Positions 19,577 through 29,099 of a stretch of DNA of 43,158 bases are shown here, piece by piece. This DNA comes from Thermoproteota archaeon (GTDB lineage Archaea > Korarchaeota > Korarchaeia > Korarchaeales > Korarchaeaceae): the NCBI GenBank assembly GCA_027491395.1, contig JAOZFI010000054.1, positions 1-43,158 of the forward strand, read 5' to 3'. The position numbers were made by a program, and so were the translations under genes. The notes under the pieces were generated by a model. It saw only the letters and a program-made list of their open reading frames with translations. It did no database searches and was not told the DNA's origin. Within the stretch, counting starts at the first letter, position 1; each line of letters starts with the position of its first letter.

Positions 19577-20239
19577 ATGGTAATAAGTAATATTTGGCTC
19601 GACAATCCAGTGCCAGATACCCGGAGGTTCAGGTCCGATCTGGAGGAGCTGGCTAGGAGGATAGAGAGGAGGGGGGGTCTACCGGCCGGCAGGCTGAGAC
19701 CCCTTATCGACAGGCTGACCGACCTCTACATAGCTGGGGCCGTGAAGATAAATCATTCGGCCATGGAGCTGGTGATAGCGGCTCACCTGATCATGAAGGG
19801 ATATCAGGTGGATGTAGAGGTTAAAGTGAACGACCTCAGATGCGACGTGATGGGCACGAATAAGGGAAAGGTGATAGTAGAGGTGGAGACAGGCTTCGTC
19901 CCTCCAGAACATGCCTTGGATCCCGACAGTTTTTGCAGGGCGAGGATAGCAAGCAAGATCGCTAGGTATAGCCAGTATGCAGATATATTCTATTTAGCGG
20001 CGCCCCCCACCTATCTGATGGAGATACCCCCTTTCCTCCTTACCCCTCCCCACGCTAGGTCCGAGATAGAGCTGAGGAAGTGGAAGGAATTGCTGGACAG
20101 GTACTATAGAAATCCGCCCATACCCATAGAGCTGCTGAGGAGGGCCAAGCTCAATGGGATTCTTGTGACTTACGTAGATGAAGGTAGAGTGATAGAGCTC
20201 AGCACCGAGGCCTATCTCAACCTATTTAAGTACATCTAG
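19577..20239 (+). CDS. Uncharacterised archaeal protein, possible PD-(D/E)XK nuclease-like fold
   Basis: KGYQVDVE...LRCDVMG...VIVEVETG resembles restriction-endonuclease-like motifs, with EVE in place of ExK. Start uncertain. Confidence 0.7.
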   Translation: MVISNIWLDNPVPDTRRFRSDLEELARRIERRGGLPAGRLRPLIDRLTDLYIAGAVKINHSAMELVIAAHLIMKGYQVDVEVKVNDLRCDVMGTNKGKVIVEVETGFVPPEHALDPDSFCRARIASKIARYSQYADIFYLAAPPTYLMEIPPFLLTPPHARSEIELRKWKELLDRYYRNPPIPIELLRRAKLNGILVTYVDEGRVIELSTEAYLNLFKYI

Positions 20240-20362
20240 AGACATAAGCTCTGATTGCAAGACATAAGACGGGAACGATAGGATGACTTCTCAGCATTCA
20301 GCCGTTCCGATCTAATCTAAGGACAAGGTAGGAGGATGTGCTATTCTCGTATAGTGAATGCT

Positions 20363-20785
20363 CTACTTTATCACGGGGAATGTCTTTACCCCGACCTCTG
20401 AGGCCACATCTCTCAGTTTTTGATCGAATGTAGCGAGATCCGCTCCCCTCATGACGGCTAGAGCCAGATAAAGAGAATCGTATACCGTAATTTCATACCT
20501 CATCGCTATGCTCAGGGCCTCCATGATCAGCTCGCCTGCTGGATATACTTTCATTCTACTCAAGATGTTGAGCAGATCCTCAGCAGCCTTCCTGCACTCC
20601 TCTTCATCGAGCTCTCCCCGAACATTTCGCCTCCATATGGCATTGGCGGACTCTGGCAGTGCGAGGTCGAGGGTGCATACCCCTTCACCGCCTAATATCC
20701 AGCCCTTGATGGATCTCTCGGCCTCATCGGATCCCTCCTCATCCAGCACCAGCTTAACGAGGAAAGATGAATCCAAGACTTTCAT
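20363..20785 (-). CDS. vapC: PIN-domain toxin (VapC)
   Basis: VLDSSFLVK, ESANAIW, ITVYDSLYLALA, LATFD. Confidence 0.93.
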   Translation of the reverse strand: MKVLDSSFLVKLVLDEEGSDEAERSIKGWILGGEGVCTLDLALPESANAIWRRNVRGELDEEECRKAAEDLLNILSRMKVYPAGELIMEALSIAMRYEITVYDSLYLALAVMRGADLATFDQKLRDVASEVGVKTFPVIK

Positions 20786-21000
20786 CTGCTCTCCCTGTCC
20801 TCTCTGATGATTCGAGCTGAATCCGTCTTTATCTTCCTTTTTCGGGCCTCTTTCCTAGCTTTGTCTATTATCTCCAGTAATTCGTAGTCTCTAACCCTTT
20901 CTTCTATGTATTTCCTTATTTCTTTGCTCCAGTTGACTTTCAGCTTCTTCATTTTCTCTTTCAGCTCTCTCGGAACCCGGACTGTGACTACCGAACTCAT
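20782..21000 (-). CDS. Ribbon-helix-helix antitoxin (VapB-type)
   Basis: VVTVRVPRELKEKM...VNWSKEIRKYIEE, C-terminal IREDRESR. ATGA overlap with the PIN gene. Confidence 0.9.
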   Translation of the reverse strand: MSSVVTVRVPRELKEKMKKLKVNWSKEIRKYIEERVRDYELLEIIDKARKEARKRKIKTDSARIIREDRESR

Positions 21001-21004
21001 CGGT

Positions 21005-21041
21005 ATTACGTGATGAAATACGTTTTAAAGAATTGCGTAAT
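21005..21041 (-). promoter_or_regulatory. TATA box flanked by inverted repeat (probable antitoxin operator)
   Basis: Plus-strand ATTACG (21005-21010) and CGTAAT (21036-21041) bracket minus-strand TTTAAAA, about 25 nt before the ATG. Confidence 0.55.
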
Positions 21042-21112
21042 GACTAATTGGAATACTAACATTTGAGGTCACTGACTCGACAACGGCAAGGCACTGTGAG
21101 GTCCACAGTTAG

Positions 21113-21278
21113 AATAAACCCGAGAACTGCTTTCGGGGGGGATCCCCGACCTTCCGGCCGGGTTACCTCCGGTCGCCCCTCTCGAGGCGGCCGGAATTTC
21201 AGCGGTCAAGGCTAACCCCGACCGCCTACTCCTCCCCTTTCCCGGCAGAGGATACTTACCGGCAGTGACTAATAAACC
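21113..21278. repeat. 8-bp direct repeat AATAAACC flanking a 150-bp GC-rich segment
   Basis: AATAAACC at 21113-21120 and 21271-21278. Confidence 0.7.
21120..21246 (-). ncRNA. Unassigned structured RNA candidate (closing stem plus four-way junction)
   Basis: Five helices readable by eye. GNRA tetraloops GAGA and GGAA and five G-U pairs favour the minus strand. Upstream TTTATTA at 21276-21270. Confidence 0.65.
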
Positions 21279-21304
21279 TTCCGTATCATATTTTCACAAA
21301 TTTG

Positions 21305-21811
21305 TTAAAACTTTTTGATTAGGGATGGGAGGGAGGCCGTAGTGTATAGCTGATCCCTCCTGACGCCAATCCAGACCTCTATGGCCTCCTCCACGGCTTT
21401 CACGAGGCGAGGCGTGGGTCTGCCTAGCTTTATCCCTGGGCACCTCTGATCGACGTAAACGTAGAATTCGCCCAGTTTGTGGGAGTAGTAGGCCTCCTCA
21501 CCCCTTCCATACTCAGGATTCCTGTATATCTTGAAAGGCCATATTTTACAGGCGGAGGGCTTCATTCCCAAGCTTTGAAGGTAGCATAGACCCGCTTCAT
21601 TATCCTCGATGAGGAATGGGCAGGCCTCTCCTTCTCTCTTCCTTATGTACTGTTTCCCAGCAATCGACTCTATATACTGGGGACCGAAGGTGCGGGCTAC
21701 GGATATTGCTTCATGGGGCTTCAAGGGGATGCGGAAGCGGTAGCAACATAGGCCGCAGGCGTAACATGTGAAGTCGGAGACCCGGCTCCACGGTAGGTAC
21801 AGTTCGCCCAC
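21305..21811 (-). CDS. YkgJ-family CxxCxxCC cysteine-cluster protein
   Basis: CYACGLCC, ACPFL, GLC, KPSACKIWPF, RCPGI. Confidence 0.88.
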   Translation of the reverse strand: MGELYLPWSRVSDFTCYACGLCCYRFRIPLKPHEAISVARTFGPQYIESIAGKQYIRKREGEACPFLIEDNEAGLCYLQSLGMKPSACKIWPFKIYRNPEYGRGEEAYYSHKLGEFYVYVDQRCPGIKLGRPTPRLVKAVEEAIEVWIGVRRDQLYTTASLPSLIKKF

Positions 21812-21930
21812 CTCCCCGGATCTCCCCCTATATCCGAACGGGCTGGTTCTTAAGTGATACCCTTCTCAACGCACACATTTGAGAAAACTCTATTTTATTT
21901 TGAATGGGATGCTAGGCGCCATGGTGAGTT

Positions 21931-22242
21931 TTGGGTTATGTGGTAATTATTGATGATCGTGGGAGGATGGTCTTACCCGTCGAGGCGAGGCGCAGACTGG
22001 GCATCAGGAAAGGGAGCAGAGTCCCCCTGAAAGTGACCAGCGATAACCCGGCTGGAACCATAGTTTTAGACAAGCTGTATGAGGAGGTCTCCAAGATCTT
22101 CGATGAGAAGTTCAAAGACTGGAAGGAAGAGGATCACGAGGCCTCCAAGATGCTGGAGATTATTCTAGGTGGAGATCATCGACCCAGTTTACCTCGTTGC
22201 CTACCTTCGACCCTCCGATCCGCTTCACCCTCATTCCATTGA
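21931..22242 (+). CDS. AbrB/MazE-family antitoxin
   Basis: VIIDDRGRMVLPVEARRRLGIRKG, with GGTGAG before the TTG start. Its tail runs 74 nt into the toxin frame. Confidence 0.8.
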   Translation: MGYVVIIDDRGRMVLPVEARRRLGIRKGSRVPLKVTSDNPAGTIVLDKLYEEVSKIFDEKFKDWKEEDHEASKMLEIILGGDHRPSLPRCLPSTLRSASPSFH

Positions 22243-22572
22243 GATAATATAGGAACTCGGTGAGGACAGGAAGGTCTCTCAGGCTTCTCTCTTGGAGCTA
22301 GATTTGCTCATGAAGAGCAGGGGTTTTACATGGATCAGAGGATCAAGATGTGGCACCTGTTGAATGGTGTTATAGACGGATCTCTCGAGCCTCTCTCCCT
22401 CAGATATTGCGTTGGGGCGTTCCTCTCATCCAAGGGACTTGACTACTTCGACTCCCTCATAGCCGCCCAATGCCTAGTTAGGGGGAAGCTCGTCACAACA
22501 GATCAGGAGATCATCGAGGTTGTCATGAGGAGCGAGGAATTGCTAGGCGAGTCTGAGGAGTTATCTCGCTGA
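22169..22572 (+). pseudogene. Disrupted PIN/VapC toxin
   Basis: GTG 22169 gives MEIIDPVYLVAYLRPSDPLH..., then an in-frame TAG at 22250-22252, then SQASLLELDLLMKSRGF, a frameshift near 22325-22330, and GLDYFDSLIAA...LVTTD. Confidence 0.85.
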
Positions 22573-22687
22573 TTGATGAGGTTAGGTGATGGGTATTAAG
22601 GGGAAAGCCGATCAGGAGAGACCGGTGGACCATTAGGCTACTAGGAGAATTGGGCGTTACGGTAGGCAGATATCATAGCAAGTTCGA

Positions 22688-25600
22688 TCAAGGGGGGATC
22701 CTCCTCAGCAGTCCCATGGAGCGATATCCCCTAGCGTACGAGGACATCGGTTTGACCTCTACCTCCTCCAAGCTCACTGAATTGAAGGCTCTGGCCAACT
22801 CTAAGGCTAGATCGGCGTTCAAGACTAGAGGGGTATTCAGGTCGGCCGCCAACCTCCTCACCGCGTAGTCAACCTGAGGAGCGTACCCGGTAGCGATGAC
22901 CATGTCAGCTCTCCCCTCTTTCAGCAGTTCCATCGCCTCCTCCTCGCCAACTTCCGACACCCACCAGACGTCCAGCGTGGATGCCAGAGCATCCGCAGCC
23001 GCCTCCATCTTCCCGCGCTCCTCTCCGAAGCCTTCGTATCCCACTACCACCCCCCTCTCTGGCAATCTGTTCGGGCTCACAGCCAGCCAAGACTTAAGGA
23101 GAGCAGCCTCGTAAGCCCTGTCCATTGAAGCGACTTCCCCCGTTGACCTCATTTCAACCCCCAGAAAGGGATAGGCCCCTCTCAGCTGTGACCACGAGAA
23201 CTGCGGTGACTTAACCGCGTAGTGTCGCATCACGGGCTCGTAGAATTCATCAACCCCCAGAAATCCCTCAAATACTACTTTTGCAGCTGCTCTGGCTAGG
23301 TTGACGCCCGAGGCCTTGCTGGAGAAGGGCATTGACCTAGAGGCCCTCAGGTTCAGCTCCAGTACGTAAACACCGCTACCGTTTATCACGAACTGTAGGT
23401 TAAAGGGTCCCCTTATCTGGAGGGCCCTTACTAGTTTCAAGGTAGCCTCCTTCATTTCGCTCACTGGCAGACCGCGGACCGGCAGTATCATGGTGGAATC
23501 GCCAGAATGAATACCAGCAGGCCCGATATGCCTTATCACCACCCCAACCACGCTCTCTCCGTCGGCAACACCATCTATCTCGGTCTCTGGTCCTCTCAAG
23601 AACTTCGACACCACCACACTCCTTCCAGTGGAGAGGGCTGAGCGAACCGCCCGCATCAAGGACCCTTCGTCCCAAGCTAGTGACATGGAGGTGCCACTCA
23701 GGACGTGTGACGGCCTCACCATCACCGGGTAGCCGTGCTCCATCGCGAAATCCAGCGCCTCCTCCACCGAGTTCACCTCCTTCCATGGAGGCTGCTTCAA
23801 TTCGAGCTCATCCAAGAGTTGGGAGAACCTGTCCCTGCTCTCGGCCACCTCCACACTACTCCCGCTCGTCCCCAGCACCTCGACCCCTCTGGATTCTAGG
23901 GGCTCGGCCAAGTCATTGGCCACCTGCCCTCCGAGGAAGGTGACGACCTTGATGGTAGACTCGAACTCGTATATGTCGAGCAGCCTCTCTAGGGTGAGCT
24001 CCTCGAAGTAGAGCCTGTCCACCACATCCCAGTCCGTGGATACCGTCTCCGGGTTGTAGTTCACTATTGTTACGGTGTCTACGTACTCCTTCGCGGCTCT
24101 GGCGAACTCCATCACACCCCAGTCGAACTCCACTGAGACACCTATCCTGAAGACCCCTGCCCCTATCACCAGCACATCAGCTCTGGCCCTCACGTCGTGG
24201 GTCTGACCCCCGTAAGTGGCATACAGGTAGTAGGTGATGGAGGGCCACTCGGCTGCCAGCGTATCTATCTGCTTGAATACTGGAGATATTCCCAGCGACT
24301 TCCTGAGTCTCCTGACCTGATCCTCGCTCATCCCCAGCCTCCCAGCTATCTAAGCGTCGGAGAATCCGTACCTCTTCGCCGCATACAGAGAAGAAGGGCT
24401 CGGATCAAGCGTGGAGTAGGTCTTGACGGCCTTCTCCAACTCCTTGATGAACCATACATCCACGCCACTAGCCTCGGCTACCTCCTCAGCACTCGCTCCT
24501 CCAGCTAGAGCTATCGAGGCCCATGCCGGCCAGTAGGGCCTCCTCCCTCTTAAGGCCTCCAAGGCGTACGAGGGATCCCCTTCCATTGGCAGCCCGTCGA
24601 ACCCCCCTAACATCCTCAGGCCCTTCTGCATAGCCTCCGCTAAGTTCCTGCCTACAGCCATGACTTCTCCTATGCTCTTCATCTCGCTCCCTATGCTCTC
24701 CTCCACCCCCTCGAACTTCTCCAGATCCCATCTCGGGATCTTCACGACCACGTAGTCGAGGCTGGGTTCGAAGCAGGAGCAAGTTACCCCGGTCACCCTG
24801 TTCAGTACCTCATCGAGCCTGTAGCCCAGAGCCAGCTTGGCCGCCACGTAGGCTAGTGGGTAACCCGTGGCCTTGCTAGCCAAGGCTGAAGATCTGGACA
24901 TCCTCGGGTTCATCTCTATGGCGTAGTACCCGTCTCCCAACGCGAATTGAACGTTACCCTCGCCCACCAACCCCACGGCCTCAGTGACCCTCAGGGATGC
25001 GCTCCTCAGCATCTGATACTCCTGGTTGGTGAGGGTCTGGCAGAGCGCCACCACGACGGATTCGCCGGTGTGCACGCCCATTGGGTCAGCATTCTCCAAG
25101 CAGGCTGGAGCGATCACATTCCCGTAAGCATCCCTCACCACCTCGAACTCTATCTCCTTCCATCCTCCTAGGTACTTCTCCACGAGGGCGCTCCCTATAG
25201 AGCTCGCCTTCAAAGCCCTCAGGATGAGAGCCCTCATCTCCTCCCTGCTCCAAGCTATGAAGGAACCCCTCCCGCCCAAGTTGTAGGAGACCCTCACCAT
25301 CACCGGGTAGCCTATCGAGTCTGCCGCCTCCACCGCCTCCTCCACCGATGAGACATGCCTGCTAGGGGGCATGGGCACCCCGTTCCTCTCCAGAGCCTCC
25401 TTGAACTTCTCCCTGTTCAATGCCCTGTCTATGGCCTCGGGCTGGGTCCCGAGTACCCTCACTTCTTACCTGTCCAAGGCGCCGGAGCGCCACAGCCTGA
25501 CCCCGGCATCCAAGGCTGTCTGGCCACCGAACCCGAGCATTATCCCGTCGGGTCTCTCCGCCTCTATGACCCTCTCCAAGAACTCCTCCCTTATGGGGAG

Positions 25601-25783
25601 GTACACCCTGTCGGCCATATCTCCGGTCTGTATCGTCGCCACGTTCGGGTTCACCAAAACGACCTCTATATCCTCCTCCTTCAACGCCTTAATCGCTTGG
25701 CTACCGCTGTAGTCGAATTCGGCTGCCTCGGCTATCTTTATAGCGCCCGAGCCAATGAGAATGACCTTCCTCACAGATTCCAT
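22688..25783 (-). pseudogene. carB: Carbamoyl-phosphate synthase large subunit, two in-frame stops
   Basis: Motifs [66 protein letters not shown], all in one frame. TAA at 25466-25468 (LDR*EVRVLGT) and TAG at 24350-24352 (FSDA*IAG). Confidence 0.92.
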
Positions 25784-26902
25784 CTTCCCTCCCTCACCGC
25801 CTCGGCGAACAGGTCGAACAGCCAAGAGGTGTCTATAGGCCCCGGTGACGATTCGGGATGGAACTGGGTGGTGGCTATGGGGAGCTCCTCGTGGTACGCC
25901 CCCTCCAAGGTGGAGTCATCGGGATTGATGAACCACTCCCTGAGGTTAGCTTCCCTCAGGCTCTCCCTCCTTACTGCGTACCCGTGATTCTGGCTGGTGA
26001 CATAGCACCTCCCGGTCCTGAGATCTCTGATGGGCTTATTCTGGCCCCTATGCCCATACCTCATCTTGTAGGTCTCCGCTCCCAAGCCAAGGGATATGAG
26101 CTGATGCCCGAGGCATATACCGAAGGTGACTAACCCATCGGATGCCAGTTCCACGGCCATCTCCCCCTGAGACTTGAGCAGTTCAGGGTTTCCCGGTCCA
26201 TTACCGAGCAGAAGGGCGTCAGGCTTCGTCTCCCACACGTCATCAGCGCTGGAGCGACAGGGCAGCCTAACTACCCCTAACCCCCTCCTCAACAGTTCCC
26301 TCACTATCCCGAGCTTCAGTCCACAGTCGATGACTGCGACCAGAGGTCTAGAATCGCTCTGGTGTATTGCCTCCCTTGGGGAGACCTCGTCAACCAAGTC
26401 CAGCTCGTCATACGAAGGAGCTTCCTCCAGCGCCTTCCACAGCGAGTTCAGATCTTCTTCCGAGTCCCAAATCCCTATTGCTCCCTTCATTACCCCTCTT
26501 TCCCTCAGTTCCTTGGTGAGGGCTCTCGTGTCGACCCACTCCATTATAGGCACATCGTATTTATCGAACCACTCCTGCAGCGATAATTTCGATGATCTGT
26601 GGGGAGCGTCTGTAAGTTCGTGGATTACGAGCGAGGTCACCTGAACTCCGTCAGACTCCAGCAGGTCCGTATGTACGCCGTAGTTTCCTATCAGCGGATT
26701 CGTCATCACCAGAACCTGTCCCCTGTAGCTGGGATCGCTCAAGGACTCGGGATACCCGACCATACCGGTGGTGAATACGACCTCACCGAACGCGAATAGC
26801 GGGACCGCTCCTGCTGCAACCACGATAAACGTATCCGTTCTCAAGGATTAAGGTGGCCAGCTTGCATCCGTCAATGCCGAAGGTACATGCGGACCCTCGC
26901 AT
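25771..26902 (-). pseudogene. carA: Carbamoyl-phosphate synthase small subunit, N-terminal frameshift
   Basis: ATG 26902 frame gives ...KLATLILENGYVYRGC and stops at 26783. GEVVFTTGMVGYPESLSDPSY, GICLGHQ and QFHPE are in another frame, with one extra base near 26785-26815. Confidence 0.88.
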
Positions 26903-26915
26903 CTTCGCAATAACC

Positions 26916-26925
26916 ATATAAAAAA
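26916..26925 (-). promoter_or_regulatory. TATA-like box upstream of carA
   Basis: TTTTTTATAT on the minus strand shortly before ATG 26902. Confidence 0.45.
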
Positions 26926-27014
26926 TTAACTCTACATGCACGAGAGAGCTAGCACCGTCCAAGGTAGGGAGCGATGACATCCGGAAGATTCCACCTATTC
27001 CTTTAGATCTTACA

Positions 27015-27225
27015 TTGGAACTTCGCTTTTCGCGCGCGATCAGGAGGGCGTTGGGAGTAAGGGAAGGGGGCGTGTTTAGAGCCAAGATAGAGGAGGGAAA
27101 GCTGATAGTGGAACCAGTTCCCGCCTTGGAGGACATGATAAGGAATCCGGTTATCAGGATCACCCCCGAGGAGGCTGAGAGATTGAGCGAGGAGGCTCAG
27201 AGGGGGAGAGGGTATCTATGGATAA
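27015..27225 (+). pseudogene. Truncated AbrB-family antitoxin
   Basis: RAIRRALGVREGG...IEEGKLIVEPV...ITPEEAERLSEEAQ. The first beta-strand motif is missing, and the ORF reads into the broken toxin. End approximate. Confidence 0.7.
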
Positions 27226-27662
27226 CTCCTGCTGGATACCACTTACTGTTTCTCATATTTGGAATCGCTATTGAACTCGAGCACTTCGACAAGTTCCCAA
27301 CGGGTTCTTGAAGCTTACAGGGTCCTTTACAATTCTATTCCCTGATCGAGGCTAAGTGGATATCCCTCAAGCTCATGAAAAGATATCCGGAGATGAGGAA
27401 GGAGTTAGCAGGAGCCTTCATATCCGCTGAAGGCGCTGCTCTCCGATGACAGGATCTCCCAAGTTGAACTGATCGATCCGGAGGTGGAGAGGGTCGCGAT
27501 CTCTTGCTGGACGCCGGGTGGGGATTACTCCGATAGAATGATATACGCCACCGCCGTGAGAGGACACCGACTCCTCACCGAGGATGATGTGCTGTCAAGC
27601 TAGAGCTGGAATTGAGACCCGAGGAGGTGCTCAGCTGGTCTCTGCTCCTCCGTCGGCTCTAG
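27218..27662 (+). pseudogene. Heavily frameshifted PIN/VapC toxin
   Basis: Fragments LLLDTTY, IFGIAIEL, LIEAKW, LKALLSDDR, DY.DRMIYATA, LLTEDD in changing frames, ending at TAG 27660-27662. Confidence 0.85.
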
Positions 27663-27695
27663 TTACTTCCAATTTCGAAGGATTAGAGAAAAAGA

Positions 27696-29096
27696 TTAGG
27701 AGAGAAGGGCCACCAAGACATCCACGAGCCCTAGTCCGAGGAGGACGGTCAGTACAGCGGTGATGGTAAGCACATAGACCTCGAGGTCTGGTTCCTCCTC
27801 CCTGACGTCAACCTCCGGTGGATCGGCGAAGAACAGGTATCTTATCACCTGCGCGTAGTAACCCACGGAGATACCGCTGTTCACTATGCCGAGGAAGGCC
27901 AGCCACGGGGCCACGTTCATCACCGAGTAGAAGATGTACATGAACTTGCTCCAGAACCCTATGAGGGGGGGCATCCCCATCAGACTGAGTACCAACACGG
28001 TCATGAAGGTCCCTGAGAGAGGTAGCTTCCTCCCGACGCCGCTCAGGCCCTCTAGCGTCAAGTCGAATCCCTTCCTAGCGAAGTAGGCCAAGCCGACGAA
28101 TATACCCACCTTGGCCAAGACGTAGGTGGTGACATGCAGCCCTATGCCCTCCAGCGCCAGTGCTTGAGAGTCGGAGTATGCTAGGGCGGCGAAGGCTATC
28201 AGGAAGTATCCTGCCTGCGCTATGCTGGAATAGGCCATCATCCTCTGCACGTTCTTCTGGACCAGCGCAGCCAAGTTGCCGTAGAACATAGTTATTATGG
28301 AGAGAAAGGCCATTATCAGGAACCAATCATTGGCAACGGAGGGTATGAGGGGCTGGAGGACCCTCAGGAATGCTCCTATGCTTATGAGCTTTATCACGCC
28401 CGCCACGAAGGACACTATTATCGGATGAGCCCCGCCGTAGACATCGGGCAGCCAGCCGTGGAACGGGACGACGCCTAGCTTGAACCCGAATGCGGCGATG
28501 AGCATCAGTACGCCCAAGAGGAGGGTCGTCTTCAGGCCGATAGGAACGCTGTTCAACACTTGGAATGTGCTGGTCTTCACTATTCCCAGAACCAAGGCTA
28601 TGCCGAATATGAGGAGGGATGAGGAGGCGACGCCCATCAGCGCGTACTTAGCAGTCGCCTCCAAGGAGTCCTCGTCCTTCTTTATGCCCACCAACACGTA
28701 CGAGGCGACCGCCACTAGAGCCCATGCAGCGACGAGTACTGAAGCGTCATTAACATACAGCACGAAGTACACTCCCAAGAGAGCCAAGAGGAGGAGAGAG
28801 TAGAGGCTCGGGGAGGTACTCCACTCCTTCACCTGGACTAGGGAGGCGAAGGTGACGAGGAATGCTCCCACCGTTGCTATCAGCGCCAAGTAGGTGGCGA
28901 GCGGATCTACCCTTATGGTCCCATCGAAGAGGGTACCGCTCTTCCCTATCAGGAGTCCAACTAGCACTGCAGCTAGGGCTGTGGCTATAAGGGCTAGGTA
29001 AGGGCTCACCTTGGTGCCCTTGAGGTAGTCGAGCGTGGGTACCACCAAGCCTATGCCACCGAGCAGGACCATTAGTGACCAGATCACCATTTCCAT
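27696..29096 (-). CDS. nuoN: Complex I-like subunit N (antiporter-like)
   Basis: EATAKY, FKLGVVPFHGWLPDVYGGA, QKNVQRMMAYSSIAQAGY, GMPPLIGFWSK. Confidence 0.93.
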   Translation of the reverse strand: MEMVIWSLMVLLGGIGLVVPTLDYLKGTKVSPYLALIATALAAVLVGLLIGKSGTLFDGTIRVDPLATYLALIATVGAFLVTFASLVQVKEWSTSPSLYSLLLLALLGVYFVLYVNDASVLVAAWALVAVASYVLVGIKKDEDSLEATAKYALMGVASSSLLIFGIALVLGIVKTSTFQVLNSVPIGLKTTLLLGVLMLIAAFGFKLGVVPFHGWLPDVYGGAHPIIVSFVAGVIKLISIGAFLRVLQPLIPSVANDWFLIMAFLSIITMFYGNLAALVQKNVQRMMAYSSIAQAGYFLIAFAALAYSDSQALALEGIGLHVTTYVLAKVGIFVGLAYFARKGFDLTLEGLSGVGRKLPLSGTFMTVLVLSLMGMPPLIGFWSKFMYIFYSVMNVAPWLAFLGIVNSGISVGYYAQVIRYLFFADPPEVDVREEEPDLEVYVLTITAVLTVLLGLGLVDVLVALLS

Positions 29097-29099
29097 ATC

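Noticed and set aside
21120-21270. Assigning the structured element to tRNA, 5S rRNA, SRP RNA, RNase P RNA, hammerhead, FMN or yybP-ykoY riboswitch
   Set aside because: No T-arm/anticodon geometry, no SRP helix-8 motif, no GAGGAAAGUCC and no CUGANGA core. Short resemblances (UGAAAUUCC, GACCGGAGGUAA, AAAGGGGAG) do not fit those folds. Judged by eye only.
22250-25468. Stop-codon recoding (amber read-through) to explain the in-frame TAGs in vapC and carB
   Set aside because: carB also has an in-frame TAA, neighbouring genes have frameshifts, and TAG ends intact genes (pyrI, pyk, the ferritin-like gene).
26903-27163. ORF 26783..27163 as an independent gene
   Set aside because: Its upstream part is antisense to the antitoxin remnant and crosses a TATA tract. 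Only the part from ATG 26902 is meaningful, as the carA N-terminus.
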